Shown: positions 19,285 to 28,990, numbered from the stretch's first letter. The stretch is DNA of 64,000 nt from Candidatus Saccharimonadales bacterium (GCA_035480635.1 DATIHN010000025.1:12384-76383), one strand, 5' to 3'. Numbers and translations are program-made. The notes: generated from the letters alone by a model not told the origin.

Positions 19285-20703
19285 ATGGTTTGCCCGTATT
19301 GCGCTTCAACCAATATTGTAACCATCAAGGGGCAGAGTTTTTGCGTTAATTGCGGCCACCCCCAACCAACTGTTAAGCCGGCTGGAGCAGATGAAGCTCA
19401 AGCGGCGGTTGATCTCCAGCTCAAGAAAGTCTTAGTCAAGCCTGCCTCTCAAACTCAATCACCAACCATCGTTACCGGCCCGAAATCAGCTCGGGTAATG
19501 AGCGATATTAAGAGTCCGCCCAAACCGACTCCCAAGCCGGAAAAGCCACCAACTCCTGCGAAAGTAATAGCTACGCCTCACCACCATAAGAAAGACCTTG
19601 CCCCTAAAGACGAAGCTGAAACTAAGGTTAAGGCCGAATCAAAGTCCAAGTCTCACCCTAAGGCGACAGCAGTTCACTCAACCACAAAGCTGCGGGAGGC
19701 CAAACGCATTCATGGTTCGATTGTGGTTACCACCTCGAACCTAGCTATTGGCTTGGTGCTAGCCCTAAAGGCCAGCTCTCTATTGCTCCTGGTGCACCAA
19801 AGCCACTCGGCCACTCCAGGCACCTTCTTGGCTTACCTAGCCGGTTTATCGCCTAGAGCTAAATATCTAATTGTCAGCTACTCACCGGCAACTCTAATTG
19901 CCTTATTCGGGCTGTTCATCACTTTACTCTGGCTTCGGACATCCGCCATAGTTGCCACCTCTAGGCTGTATGATCATCGCCCCATTAGTCATCGCTTAGC
20001 CCTTAAAATGGGTTGGAATGCGCTGGGATCCGTCTTAATTGTGGTGCTTGCGGCCATCGGCGCTATGGCTCTATGGCTAGGTAGTCTTGCCGGCGTCATT
20101 TATTACCTGTCACATTGGTCGCTCAATTCAAACATTATCTCGGGCCTGGGGGTAGCGGCTAGTTTTGTCTGGGTCTTGTGGGGCCTCTACCTCTCAGCCG
20201 CGTTAATCATGACCGCCTACTTAATTATTTTGAGCGCTCAGTCCCTGCGATCAGCTTTTGCGATCGGCTTGGGCCTAGCTAGACGCTGCTACGTTACACT
20301 AGCCGCCAGCTTGATTTGGCTTAGTTTCATAACCTTGGCAGTCTTTGCCAGCGTTGGCGTGGTCGTACTGGTCTTACACGACTGGTTGAAACTTGGACAC
20401 CACCCCTATTATTTACAAGTTATGGTGCTATTTGGTTTGAGTTGGCTAGCTAGTTTTTGGCTGCTCGGCCTAATTCTAGACCACTGGGTCAAACAATATC
20501 GCAATGTCACCTACATCGCTTTTGGTGATGCCGAAACCGCTGCTTTTCGAGCTGGTCGTAAACCAAAACCGATCCACCCCTGGGGGATTGCCATAACGAT
20601 CACCTGGTGGCTAATTGTGGCCGCGGGCGCCAGTTGGGCCCTATGGCGGCTTCGAGTCGACCCAACTCCACTCCTGGTACGATTATCCAACACTATTTAT
20701 TGA
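19285..20703 (+). CDS. Zn-ribbon / Pro-Lys-rich linker / multi-TM membrane protein
   Basis: CPYC..CVNC N-terminus, low-complexity linker, about 7 TM helices. Confidence 0.75.
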   Translation: MVCPYCASTNIVTIKGQSFCVNCGHPQPTVKPAGADEAQAAVDLQLKKVLVKPASQTQSPTIVTGPKSARVMSDIKSPPKPTPKPEKPPTPAKVIATPHHHKKDLAPKDEAETKVKAESKSKSHPKATAVHSTTKLREAKRIHGSIVVTTSNLAIGLVLALKASSLLLLVHQSHSATPGTFLAYLAGLSPRAKYLIVSYSPATLIALFGLFITLLWLRTSAIVATSRLYDHRPISHRLALKMGWNALGSVLIVVLAAIGAMALWLGSLAGVIYYLSHWSLNSNIISGLGVAASFVWVLWGLYLSAALIMTAYLIILSAQSLRSAFAIGLGLARRCYVTLAASLIWLSFITLAVFASVGVVVLVLHDWLKLGHHPYYLQVMVLFGLSWLASFWLLGLILDHWVKQYRNVTYIAFGDAETAAFRAGRKPKPIHPWGIAITITWWLIVAAGASWALWRLRVDPTPLLVRLSNTIY

Positions 20704-20728
20704 CGCATGCCCGTCTTTTTGCTATAGT
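20700..20728 (+). promoter_or_regulatory. sigma70 promoter of secE-nusG-rplK-rplA
   Basis: TTGACG-17 nt-TATAGT with TG extension. Confidence 0.75.
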
Positions 20729-20770
20729 TTTAATCAAGAAAGCCGACAGGCTTTTTAAAATTGCCTTGTG

Positions 20771-20959
20771 ATGAATCGATTAATGACATATTTACGGGAA
20801 TCTCGAGCCGAGCTGGCCAAAGTTGATTGGCCGAATCGGCAACAAGCCATGCGCCTGACGGCAGTGGTAGTGGTTTTTTCGTTACTGGTGGCAAGCTTCA
20901 TCGGAGCGGTTGACTATATTTTTACAACCATTTTGCAGAAAGTTATCTTGAAGGGCTAA
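20771..20959 (+). CDS. secE: Preprotein translocase subunit SecE
   Basis: ELAKVDWP motif plus a single TM, upstream of nusG. Confidence 0.95.
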   Translation: MNRLMTYLRESRAELAKVDWPNRQQAMRLTAVVVVFSLLVASFIGAVDYIFTTILQKVILKG

Positions 20960-21499
20960 ATGACTCAGACTAATACAACTAAAGACTGGTACGCCATTCA
21001 CACCTACTCGGGCTATGAGGATCGGGTGGCCGATAACCTGCGTCAACGTATCGAGACACTCGATATGAGCGATAAGATCTTTGATGTCATTGTCCCTAAA
21101 GAAAATCAGATCGAAATTAAAAACGGCCGCCGCCGCATCGTGGAGCGCCGGATTTTCCCCGGCTATGTTCTGGTTCAAATGGATGTGACTGAAGATTCTT
21201 GGTACGTCGTTCGTAATACGCCCAATGTCACCGGCTTTGTCGGTAGTGGCACTACTCCAACGCCGCTCTCAGAACCCGAAATTCGTCATATTCAAAAGCG
21301 CATGGGCGTCGAGGAGCCGAAGTATAAAATTGACTTTACTGCCGGTGAATCAGTTAATATCACCGATGGGCCTTTCAAGGGCTTCGACGGCGTCGTTAAC
21401 GAAATTGACGAGAACAAAGGTAAAATTAAAGTGCTGGTTAATATGTTCGGTCGTGAAACTCCGGTTGAACTAGACAGCCTGCAGGTCAAGAAACTTTAG
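20960..21499 (+). CDS. nusG: Transcription factor NusG
   Basis: WYAIHTYSGYE, FPGYVLV, KOW GPFKGFDG, MFGRETPVEL. Confidence 0.99.
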   Translation: MTQTNTTKDWYAIHTYSGYEDRVADNLRQRIETLDMSDKIFDVIVPKENQIEIKNGRRRIVERRIFPGYVLVQMDVTEDSWYVVRNTPNVTGFVGSGTTPTPLSEPEIRHIQKRMGVEEPKYKIDFTAGESVNITDGPFKGFDGVVNEIDENKGKIKVLVNMFGRETPVELDSLQVKKL

Positions 21500-21508
21500 G
21501 CAACTATT

Positions 21509-21937
21509 ATGGCAACCAAAGTAATTAAAGCCAAAATCAAATTCCGAGTTCCGGCGGGCAAGGCCACACCGGCACCGCCAGTTGGTTCTTCGATGGGCCA
21601 GCACGGCTTAAACATGATGGATTTCATCAATCCATTTAATGAAGCCACCAAGGAGCTAGGCGATGTCATGATCCCAGTTGAGATGGTAGTCTATGAGGAT
21701 CGAACTTTTAGCTTTAAGACTAAGACCCCGGCCACCTCTGGTCTTATTCGAGCCGCTGCCGGCGTCGAAAAGGGCTCTGGTGTGCCCAATAAAACGAAAG
21801 TCGCAACGCTTAGTGCCGCTCAAGTTGAAAGCATTGCTCAAGCTAAGCTACCAGATTTGAATGCCAACGATATTGAAGCCGCCAAGAAGATTGTGGCCGG
21901 TACTGCCCGCAGTATGGGCATCGAGGTTGAGAGCTAA
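21509..21937 (+). CDS. rplK: 50S ribosomal protein L11
   Basis: [19 protein letters not shown]. Confidence 0.99.
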   Translation: MATKVIKAKIKFRVPAGKATPAPPVGSSMGQHGLNMMDFINPFNEATKELGDVMIPVEMVVYEDRTFSFKTKTPATSGLIRAAAGVEKGSGVPNKTKVATLSAAQVESIAQAKLPDLNANDIEAAKKIVAGTARSMGIEVES

Positions 21938-21951
21938 ATTCAATTAATATT

Positions 21952-21984
21952 GTGGGAGTCCGCCGTAAGCGACGTTAGCACCAC
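21952..21984 (+). promoter_or_regulatory. Putative L1-binding autoregulatory RNA element before rplA
   Basis: GTGGGAG..hairpin..ACCAC directly before the rplA SD, resembling L1 operator mimics of 23S rRNA. Confidence 0.6.
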
Positions 21985-21996
21985 GAGGAGAACTAT

Positions 21997-22944
21997 ATGG
22001 CCAAGAAAGCCACTGAAGCTGATATTGATTCCAAAAAGACTGATGACGAATCTGCAGGTTCAAAAGAAGAAGTAGAAGCCAAGCCGGTTGCCAAAAAAAC
22101 GCCGGCCAAGAAAGCTGGCCCCAAATCGGCCAAGTCGGTTCGTGAGGCTGAAGCTGAAACTGAGCGCAAAGAGAAAGCTCAGGATAAGGCTGATGAGCCA
22201 AAACCCAAGGTAGCGCCAAAAGCTAACCCGATGAAGGCACATGGTAAAAAGTATCGTGAGGCCGCTAAGCTGATTGATGCGGAACAAGCCTATGATTTGG
22301 CTGAAGCCATCGCACTGGCCCAAAAGACCTCGACTGCCAAATTTGATGCTAGCGTTGAGCTCCACATTAACCTTGGCGTTGACCCCAAGCAGGCCGATCA
22401 AATGGTTCGAGCCACCGTGGTTCTGCCGGCTGGAACCGGCAAAACCCAGCGGGTGGCGGTGATTGCGCCTACAGAAAAACAGGCTGAAGCCAAAAAGGCT
22501 GGGGCCGATTTAGTTGGGGAAGATGACTTAATTGCCTTAATTGAAAAAGGCCAAATCGACTTCGACGTTTTGGTCGCTACCCCACAGGTCATGACCAAAA
22601 TCGGCAAACTAGCCAAGGTTCTTGGCCCCAAAGGTCTGATGCCCAACCCCAAGAGCGGCACTGTCACTAACAATGTGGCTGAAGCTGTTAGCCAATCAAA
22701 GGCCGGTCGGGTGGAATTTAGAATCGATAAGCAAGCCATCATTCACACGGCCGTCGGTAAAGTTAGCTTTAAGCCTGCTGATTTGGAGACCAACATCCTG
22801 ACCCTGATCAACGCACTCATGGATGCCAAACCGGCCGCCGCCAAGGGTACGTTCGTTAAGCGCATGACCCTAACTACCACCATGGGGCCGGGCATTCATT
22901 TGAATCATACTCAAGCTCTTGCCGCCGCCAACCAAGTTAAGTAA
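21997..22944 (+). CDS. rplA: 50S ribosomal protein L1 with ~80-aa charged N-terminal extension
   Basis: [37 protein letters not shown]. Confidence 0.98.
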   Translation: MAKKATEADIDSKKTDDESAGSKEEVEAKPVAKKTPAKKAGPKSAKSVREAEAETERKEKAQDKADEPKPKVAPKANPMKAHGKKYREAAKLIDAEQAYDLAEAIALAQKTSTAKFDASVELHINLGVDPKQADQMVRATVVLPAGTGKTQRVAVIAPTEKQAEAKKAGADLVGEDDLIALIEKGQIDFDVLVATPQVMTKIGKLAKVLGPKGLMPNPKSGTVTNNVAEAVSQSKAGRVEFRIDKQAIIHTAVGKVSFKPADLETNILTLINALMDAKPAAAKGTFVKRMTLTTTMGPGIHLNHTQALAAANQVK

Positions 22945-22988
22945 TCGAACTTGCCTAGATAGGGGATAGGTTTGCTATAATCAAAGCG

Positions 22989-23594
22989 ATGGCTAACAGT
23001 GTTAGTACCAAAAGCAATCGTGGAGTTTTTGTACCGGGGCGAAATTCAGACGACCGGTTCATTCCTAACCTCAAGCGTCTTGATGAAGTTGTGCGGGCCT
23101 TCAAAGTTGTCGGTCTAAAGGTTGTTTTGACACAAGGGGTCTATGATTTATTACACGAAGGTCATGCTCGGTACTTGGAGCTAGCCAAATCCTATGGTGA
23201 TATTTTGATTGTCGGTATCGATTCGGACGAGTTGACTAGGCAACGCAAAGGCTCTAATAGGCCTATAGTACCGGAGCGTGAACGCATTGAAATGCTTAGC
23301 CACTTGCGGCACGTTGACGTCATTGCCCTGCGCAAGAGCGAACAGGGAATTGGTGACCTCATTCGTCTCGTCAAACCAGATGTGCTAGTAACATCATCCA
23401 GCACCAAGGACTTTACGGCCCAAATGATCAAAGACTACGGCAATAGTTGTGGTAAGATTATTACCCTTAAACCTCAATCAACCACTTCGACCACCGCCCG
23501 AATTCGAGATCTAACCATCGAGGGCGCCGAGCAGCTAGCAACTGAGATTAATACACTGACTAAAGACTTTATCGACAAAATTAGACGGGCCTAA
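22989..23594 (+). CDS. HIGH-type cytidylyl/adenylyltransferase (RfaE domain II / TagD-like)
   Basis: GVYDLLHEGH, LIVGIDSD, RKGSNRP, STT C-terminal motif. Confidence 0.88.
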   Translation: MANSVSTKSNRGVFVPGRNSDDRFIPNLKRLDEVVRAFKVVGLKVVLTQGVYDLLHEGHARYLELAKSYGDILIVGIDSDELTRQRKGSNRPIVPERERIEMLSHLRHVDVIALRKSEQGIGDLIRLVKPDVLVTSSSTKDFTAQMIKDYGNSCGKIITLKPQSTTSTTARIRDLTIEGAEQLATEINTLTKDFIDKIRRA

Positions 23595-24442
23595 TGGCTC
23601 GCATCGTTGTCTCCTACATTCCCGCACTGCACCAAGGCTACATCAACTTTTTAGTCAAATACCCAGGTGATTTGCTAGTTTTAGGCCAGGAATTGGTGCA
23701 TGAAAGCCCACGCCTAGATCGTGATATACGAGCGATGGATCCTAAAGGTGTTGCCACAATGATCCAAAGCCTGGAGTTAATGAAAAGTGTACAGGTCTTA
23801 GACGATCCTAAATCTCTTAAAGCATTAATAGACAGCGACTTCATCCTGCCCGATGAAGATGTCAACCGTCGTTTTGCGGAGCGCTACCTGAGTAAAGCTA
23901 AGGTCGCATTAGTACCCGTGTTTCTGCGCTGGGATATGCCGGCTAGTTTATCGAAACAGGTTGTTGATCCTAAACGTAAAGTAAGCGTAGAAAAACTCGA
24001 CCGAGACTTAATCGCGCTGGCTCAACAAGAAGTTCATAAAAGTCCAGATTGGTGGCGGCAGGTTGGGTCTGCCCTTGTAATTAAAAGCGTGCCACCGCTG
24101 GTTGCCCACAATCGACCGCCGTTGGCTGGTGATTACACCTTTGGCGCCTTCGGCGACCCACGCAGTAATTTTGATGCCGGCCAAAGTTTTGAACTATCGA
24201 AAATCTTACATTCCGAGACAGCCGTCATCGCTGAAGCGGCCAAGCGCGGGCTAGCCACCAAGGGGGCCTCTATGTACGTTACTACATTTCCTTGCCCGGT
24301 TTGCGCCAAACTTATCGCTGCTGCTGGAATTAGTAAAGTTTACTACCAAACTGGTTATTCCCTGCTTGATGCCGAGGATGTTCTGGCCGCCGCCAGAGTT
24401 GAATTAATTCAGGTGGAAACAAAAACCCCCCGTCCGCACTAG
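23594..24442 (+). CDS. dCMP deaminase family protein with extra N-terminal domain
   Basis: RQVGS, HSE, YVTTFPCPVCAKLI Zn-deaminase motifs; N-terminus YIPALHQGY. Confidence 0.88.
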   Translation: MARIVVSYIPALHQGYINFLVKYPGDLLVLGQELVHESPRLDRDIRAMDPKGVATMIQSLELMKSVQVLDDPKSLKALIDSDFILPDEDVNRRFAERYLSKAKVALVPVFLRWDMPASLSKQVVDPKRKVSVEKLDRDLIALAQQEVHKSPDWWRQVGSALVIKSVPPLVAHNRPPLAGDYTFGAFGDPRSNFDAGQSFELSKILHSETAVIAEAAKRGLATKGASMYVTTFPCPVCAKLIAAAGISKVYYQTGYSLLDAEDVLAAARVELIQVETKTPRPH

Positions 24443-24454
24443 GCAGACGGAGGG
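24420..24454 (-). terminator. Intrinsic terminator of the thyA-folA-HIT operon
   Basis: Minus strand CCCTCCGTCTGC-loop-GCGGACGGGGGG followed by TTTTT. Confidence 0.7.
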
Positions 24455-24960
24455 CTGGAACGCTGGGCTGAGCCCATGTAGAACTTGACGGGCTCGCACT
24501 TTGGGTCGCTGACCACCAGCTGGATGTGCAGGTGCTGGATGGTGGCACCGGTAAAGCGGGGGTGGCCGTTTCTAACCCCTAAAACGTAGTAAGATAGGCC
24601 ACATTCGGTCACGGCCTGATCCAAGATGGTCCAGAAGTTGCGTTGAGCGGGCACTGAGAGCTCGTGCATGGCATTGGCATGCTGCCTGGGGACCAACATG
24701 ACGTGCTGCAAAGCTCCGGCGTATGGGTACTCGTTCACCAGTAGGGCCCAGCAGTCCGATTTAGACAAAATCTTCTTCTTGAATGAAACCCCCCCTGGGT
24801 ATTCCAGTAAAACCTCGGGTTCAGGTGAGTCCGTCCAGCTTTCAGGACAGAAGATGCAAATGCCAGCCTTTTCTAGTTCAACCATTTCGTCGTGCTGAGC
24901 CTGAGAACGAGCATTTGGCAAGTAGTAGAGCGGTCCGCCAACGTCGTTGTGGGCTATCAC
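24439..24960 (-). CDS. HIT-superfamily protein, HxHxQ type
   Basis: CIFC, NEYPY, HVMLVPRQH, GATIQHLHIQ; GGAGG SD and GTGA overlap with folA stop. Confidence 0.85.
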   Translation of the reverse strand: MIAHNDVGGPLYYLPNARSQAQHDEMVELEKAGICIFCPESWTDSPEPEVLLEYPGGVSFKKKILSKSDCWALLVNEYPYAGALQHVMLVPRQHANAMHELSVPAQRNFWTILDQAVTECGLSYYVLGVRNGHPRFTGATIQHLHIQLVVSDPKCEPVKFYMGSAQRSSPPSA

Positions 24961-25448
24961 GGCTTCCTCCGCATGGTCACGAATGTGCAAGTGTATTTGT
25001 TGTCGTCATCAGCTGGGTGGGTTTGGAGGTTTTCCAGTTTCCAATCTTCAACGCTGTAGAGTGGAAAGTAGGTATCGCCAGCAAACTCTTTGTGGACAAG
25101 CGTTAGGTGCAAGGCGCTAGCCATTGGCATCGCCAAGTGGTAGATCTCAGCGCCACCAATCACAAAGCAGCTGTATGGGCTAGAAGCCATTTCAGCTAAG
25201 GTGTCCAAGCTGGCTACTTCGGCTCCATCGATGGCGCCACTGCGGGTCAGCACGTAATTGCGGCGCCCTGGCAGTGGCCGGAACCGTTCCGGCAATGACT
25301 CCCAGGTTTTTCGACCCATCACGACTGGATGACCAGTCGTCAGCTCACGAAAGTGCTGCATGTCAGCCGGAATCTGGCCCTGCCAAGGCAACTTTCCGCG
25401 ATTGCCGATGACATTGTTACGGCCGATGGCCGCCACGATCTCGATCAT
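24957..25448 (-). CDS. folA: Dihydrofolate reductase
   Basis: VIG..GKLPW, DMQHF, VMGRKTWES, RPLPGRRN, VIGGAEIY, GDTYFP. Confidence 0.97.
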   Translation of the reverse strand: MIEIVAAIGRNNVIGNRGKLPWQGQIPADMQHFRELTTGHPVVMGRKTWESLPERFRPLPGRRNYVLTRSGAIDGAEVASLDTLAEMASSPYSCFVIGGAEIYHLAMPMASALHLTLVHKEFAGDTYFPLYSVEDWKLENLQTHPADDDNKYTCTFVTMRRKP

Positions 25449-26353
25449 GTCGACACCGGGATGTCGTTCATAGCTGGATGCGGATCGTAATCGCTGAGCT
25501 CAAAGTGCTCTCGCCGGAAATCCTTTAGGCAAGTTGCCTTTAGCCCAGCATCACCTAGTCGAACTGTCGGCAATCGACGCGGTTCACGCACCAGCAACTC
25601 CTCGACATTGTCGAATTGGTCGGCGTAAATGTGCGCGTTCCAAATACTGTGGTAGAACACACCGGCCTCGAAGCCAGTCAGGTGCTCCAGCATTAAAACT
25701 AGAGCGGCATATTGAGCCATGTTGTGAGGACCACCGACCGGAGTGTCGCATGACCTCTGCCGCATGCCAAGGTGGATGCGACCCTTCAGGATATGGATAA
25801 AGACGTCGCCGTGGCAGGGCGCAATGGTCGTCTTTTGGTAGCCATGCACCAGCCGGGAGTTTTCCTTCGGCATCCAAATGGCAATCCGATGGATACGATC
25901 ATGCGGAAGCCTGATGATTTGATCAACGATGTTCTCGATCTGATCGAACAATGAGCCATCGAGGGTCGGGAAGGCAGTCATGGCCGGGCCATAACTAGCT
26001 GGTCCGATAACGCCCGGCTCAAAGCCGAATAGGGCACACTTGTCTGGATCGGTCCAAGCATGCCACCAGTCGGCGCCGAAATCCGCCAATTCATCGACCG
26101 TCTGGGCACCGTTCATGAAGCCACAGAGCTCACCAATGCCTTTATTCCAACTCTTTTTTGGACCCAGGCTGCGATCGGGAATGACCGGAAAGCCGTTGCG
26201 CAGATCAAAGCGCATATGCAGATCAAACAACGTTCTGGCCGGTACACCCTGCCGAGTTTGCTCGGCATCTTCGCCTTCGCGCATGATGCGCTCAAGCAAA
26301 TTCCGGTACTGACTATCGGGCAGGCGATCCTCGTACGGGAGATAGTCGGGCAT
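25445..26353 (-). CDS. thyA: Thymidylate synthase (divergent)
   Basis: APCH catalytic Cys, QRSCD, PHN..QY, AHIY, YDPHP; coupled to folA. Confidence 0.92.
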   Translation of the reverse strand: MPDYLPYEDRLPDSQYRNLLERIMREGEDAEQTRQGVPARTLFDLHMRFDLRNGFPVIPDRSLGPKKSWNKGIGELCGFMNGAQTVDELADFGADWWHAWTDPDKCALFGFEPGVIGPASYGPAMTAFPTLDGSLFDQIENIVDQIIRLPHDRIHRIAIWMPKENSRLVHGYQKTTIAPCHGDVFIHILKGRIHLGMRQRSCDTPVGGPHNMAQYAALVLMLEHLTGFEAGVFYHSIWNAHIYADQFDNVEELLVREPRRLPTVRLGDAGLKATCLKDFRREHFELSDYDPHPAMNDIPVST

Positions 26354-26546
26354 GTTATCCTCTTGGTCGTAGGTACGCTTTAAGAGGACGTCCCCCTAAA
26401 AAGCTGACCTCATCCTAGCAAACTATCTGATCATTTGTAAATTTGTTCAAAACCATGAATCAAGACTAATGATTGCTCTAAATAATATTTGATGTTATTC
26501 TTACCCCGAAACGAGGGTGGTTTCGATCCTACCAGGGGGTGATCCC

Positions 26547-27182
26547 ATGCCCGGACGCTATATTGTCTTAGAAGGCGGTGAGGGCGTCGGGAAGACGACC
26601 CAAGCCCGAGTTTTGCGTCAGCGGCTGGCAACGTTTGGAGTCAAAGCCATTGGTTTCATGGAGCCAGGGCAGACGCCAATTGGATACCAAGTCAGAGACT
26701 TGTTGTTAAACCGTTCTACCGAAGTTAATGACAAGGCCGAGGTACTGTTGTTTAACGCCGCCAGGGCTCAAGGCATATCGATTGTTCGGCAGAAGTTGAT
26801 GGAAAATGTTTGGGTAATAGCGGATCGCTGTTACCTTTCAACTCTGGCTATGCAGGGTTATGGCCGGGGCTTGGACATTGCGGAGCTCGAGACCATCTGT
26901 CGATACGCCACTGATGGCGTCGAACCCGACTTAATCATGGTGCTGAGCTGCTCGCTAGAAGTTTTGCTTGAGCGCAGAGGCAGCCGTGGAGTCAAAGATC
27001 ACTTTGAGCGTTTATCAAATGATTTCCATAGTCGGGTCAACGCTGGTTACGCTCAACTGGCCCGCGATTACTCTTTGCCGGTGATCGATGCCGATAGCTC
27101 GGTTGAGAGCGTACACGAGTGCATTTGGCAAAACGTCCGCCCGATAGCGGAAAAGTTTCTAGTGCGACCCGAGGGGGTCTAA
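26547..27182 (+). CDS. tmk: Thymidylate kinase
   Basis: LEGGEGVGKTTQ, EPG, LLFNAAR, ADRCYLSTLAMQGYGRG. Confidence 0.95.
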   Translation: MPGRYIVLEGGEGVGKTTQARVLRQRLATFGVKAIGFMEPGQTPIGYQVRDLLLNRSTEVNDKAEVLLFNAARAQGISIVRQKLMENVWVIADRCYLSTLAMQGYGRGLDIAELETICRYATDGVEPDLIMVLSCSLEVLLERRGSRGVKDHFERLSNDFHSRVNAGYAQLARDYSLPVIDADSSVESVHECIWQNVRPIAEKFLVRPEGV

Positions 27183-27196
27183 ATCCTCTCGGGTCG
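27165..27196 (+). terminator. Hairpin over the tmk stop codon
   Basis: CGACCCGAG..CTCGGGTCG inverted repeat; no U-tract. Confidence 0.5.
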
Positions 27197-27225
27197 TTGA
27201 CATTTAACCCCATATTCGCTATTAT
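27197..27225 (+). promoter_or_regulatory. sigma70 promoter of rplJ-rplL
   Basis: TTGACA-17 nt-TATTAT. Confidence 0.75.
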
Positions 27226-27234
27226 TCATTGGAT

Positions 27235-27280
27235 CACCGAAGACCGTAGCCGTCGTAAGACTTAATCTGCTACCGAGGCG
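27235..27280 (+). ncRNA. L10 leader (ribosomal protein leader)
   Basis: CCGAAGACCGTAG..CTTAA..CTACCGAGG upstream of rplJ resembles the L10-leader consensus. Confidence 0.75.
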
Positions 27281-27344
27281 AAAACAATTATTGTTTTTAA
27301 CTTGTCTTTGGCTGATGCCAAAGTTTTTTAATTGGGAGAACCTA

Positions 27345-27878
27345 GTGGCTATAACCAGAGCCGAAAAAGAAGCGGTTGTTGAGCAACTCTCTAGTGATCT
27401 GAGCCGCTTTAAGCTGGCCGTCTTAACTGACTACCGAGGACTTAGTGTGGCCGAAATCAAAGAGCTGCGCCAGGCCCTGAGTGCAGAGGGCATTAGCTAC
27501 CGTGTGACCAAGAACACTCTGCTGCGCTTGGCTGCGGCCGCTAGCCCCACCCTCAAGAGCATTGATCCGGCTAGTTTCAGTGGCCCGATGGCGCTAGCCA
27601 TTGGTTTTGATGATGAGGTGGCACCAGCTCGAGTTATCTTCCAGTTCGCCAAAACGCATGAGGCGCTAGAAATTGTGGGAGCGCTAACACCCGATGGTCG
27701 CTTGCTCAGTGCCGCTGAGGTCAAGGCTCTAGCTCAAATGCCCAGCCGCGATCAGTTACTGGGCCAAGTGGTTGGCACCATTGCCGCCCCACTCAGTGGT
27801 TTAGTGGGAGTACTTGGGGCAAATGTTAGATCAATCGTTAATGTATTAAATGCAATTAGTAATTTAGAGGAGAAATAA
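27345..27878 (+). CDS. rplJ: 50S ribosomal protein L10
   Basis: [25 protein letters not shown]; GGGAG SD before GTG. Confidence 0.97.
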   Translation: MAITRAEKEAVVEQLSSDLSRFKLAVLTDYRGLSVAEIKELRQALSAEGISYRVTKNTLLRLAAAASPTLKSIDPASFSGPMALAIGFDDEVAPARVIFQFAKTHEALEIVGALTPDGRLLSAAEVKALAQMPSRDQLLGQVVGTIAAPLSGLVGVLGANVRSIVNVLNAISNLEEK

Positions 27879-27879
27879 G

Positions 27880-28329
27880 ATGGCTGATGAAGCTAAAGCA
27901 GAAGCAAAAGAACCTGAAGTAAAAGCAGACAAGAAAACCGAGGTGCCGAAGAAGTTTAAGGATCTAGTTGAAACTATCGAAAAACTCAGCGTTTTAGAAC
28001 TGAGCGAACTAGTTCATACCCTGGAAGACCACTTTGGCGTTAGCGCTGCGGCTCCGGCTGCGGCCATGGCTGCTCCGGCGGCTGCTGGCGCGGATGCCGG
28101 TGAGGCCGCTGAAGAAAAGACGGCCTTTACGATTGTACTTAGTGCCGCTGGTGATCAAAAGATCAACGTCATTAAGGCCGTGCGCGAAATCACCGGTCTG
28201 GGCCTAGCCGAGAGCAAAGCCTTGGTTGATGGCGCACCTAAACCGATCAAAGAAAACGTGCCTAAGGCTGAGGCCGATGAGGCCAAAACCACTCTAGAAG
28301 CCGCTGGCGCTAGCGTCGAGCTGCAATAA
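27880..28329 (+). CDS. rplL: 50S ribosomal protein L7/L12
   Basis: [33 protein letters not shown]. Confidence 0.98.
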   Translation: MADEAKAEAKEPEVKADKKTEVPKKFKDLVETIEKLSVLELSELVHTLEDHFGVSAAAPAAAMAAPAAAGADAGEAAEEKTAFTIVLSAAGDQKINVIKAVREITGLGLAESKALVDGAPKPIKENVPKAEADEAKTTLEAAGASVELQ

Positions 28330-28402
28330 AAGCCTTCCAAACCTGAGAGCTAAGTGTTAGCATGGTTGCAAGAATTGGGAATTGTAAAACAAAGGCCAAA
28401 AC

Positions 28403-28915
28403 GTGGCAGAACTTAGCGATAAGCAGCTAAAAACTCTAAAGAAACTAATCGAAACCGCCGAAACCAATCTGGCTGGCGCCAAGGAACTATTGGCTAGTCT
28501 AGTTGGTGATGAAAAAACGGCGGTTTCGCCAATTGTGCCTAGCGAATCAACCGCTGGTAAGGTCATTGAGGGCACTTTTGATGGTCAAAACATGCATGGT
28601 CCGGACGAGAAAGTTTATCCGGTGCCCGCCAATTACGCCTCTAAATCCAAGTTAGTCCAAGGCGACATTTTGAAATTAACTATTTCCGATGATGGCTCGT
28701 TTATTTATAAGCAAATCGGCCCAATCGAGCGGAAAAAAATTATAGGTACTCTGCAACTAAAGGACGGCCAATACACCGTCGAAGCCCAAGGCAAGCCCTA
28801 CCGTGTGCTGTTTGCTAGCGTCAGCTACTTCCGCGCCCAACCTGGCGATCAAGTCACAATCGTAGTACCCCAAGAGGGCGAAGCCGACTGGGCCGCCATC
28901 GAAGCCGCGTTGTAA
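28403..28915 (+). CDS. Conserved hypothetical protein (family recalled from CPR genomes)
   Basis: IEGTFDGQNM..YPVPANYASKSKLVQGD..FIYKQIGP. Confidence 0.75.
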   Translation: MAELSDKQLKTLKKLIETAETNLAGAKELLASLVGDEKTAVSPIVPSESTAGKVIEGTFDGQNMHGPDEKVYPVPANYASKSKLVQGDILKLTISDDGSFIYKQIGPIERKKIIGTLQLKDGQYTVEAQGKPYRVLFASVSYFRAQPGDQVTIVVPQEGEADWAAIEAAL

Positions 28916-28990
28916 GTTCTTCTAATCTTTTTGCACGTTGACTATTTAATAAAACATAACTAGAATGACGTCTGCCCTAGGGCGTTTTTT

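Noticed and set aside
25445-26353. ThyA homologue acting as a dCMP hydroxymethylase (modified-base pathway)
   Set aside because: It keeps Asn at the specificity position (PHN..QY), typical of dUMP enzymes, and is coupled to DHFR as expected for a true thymidylate synthase
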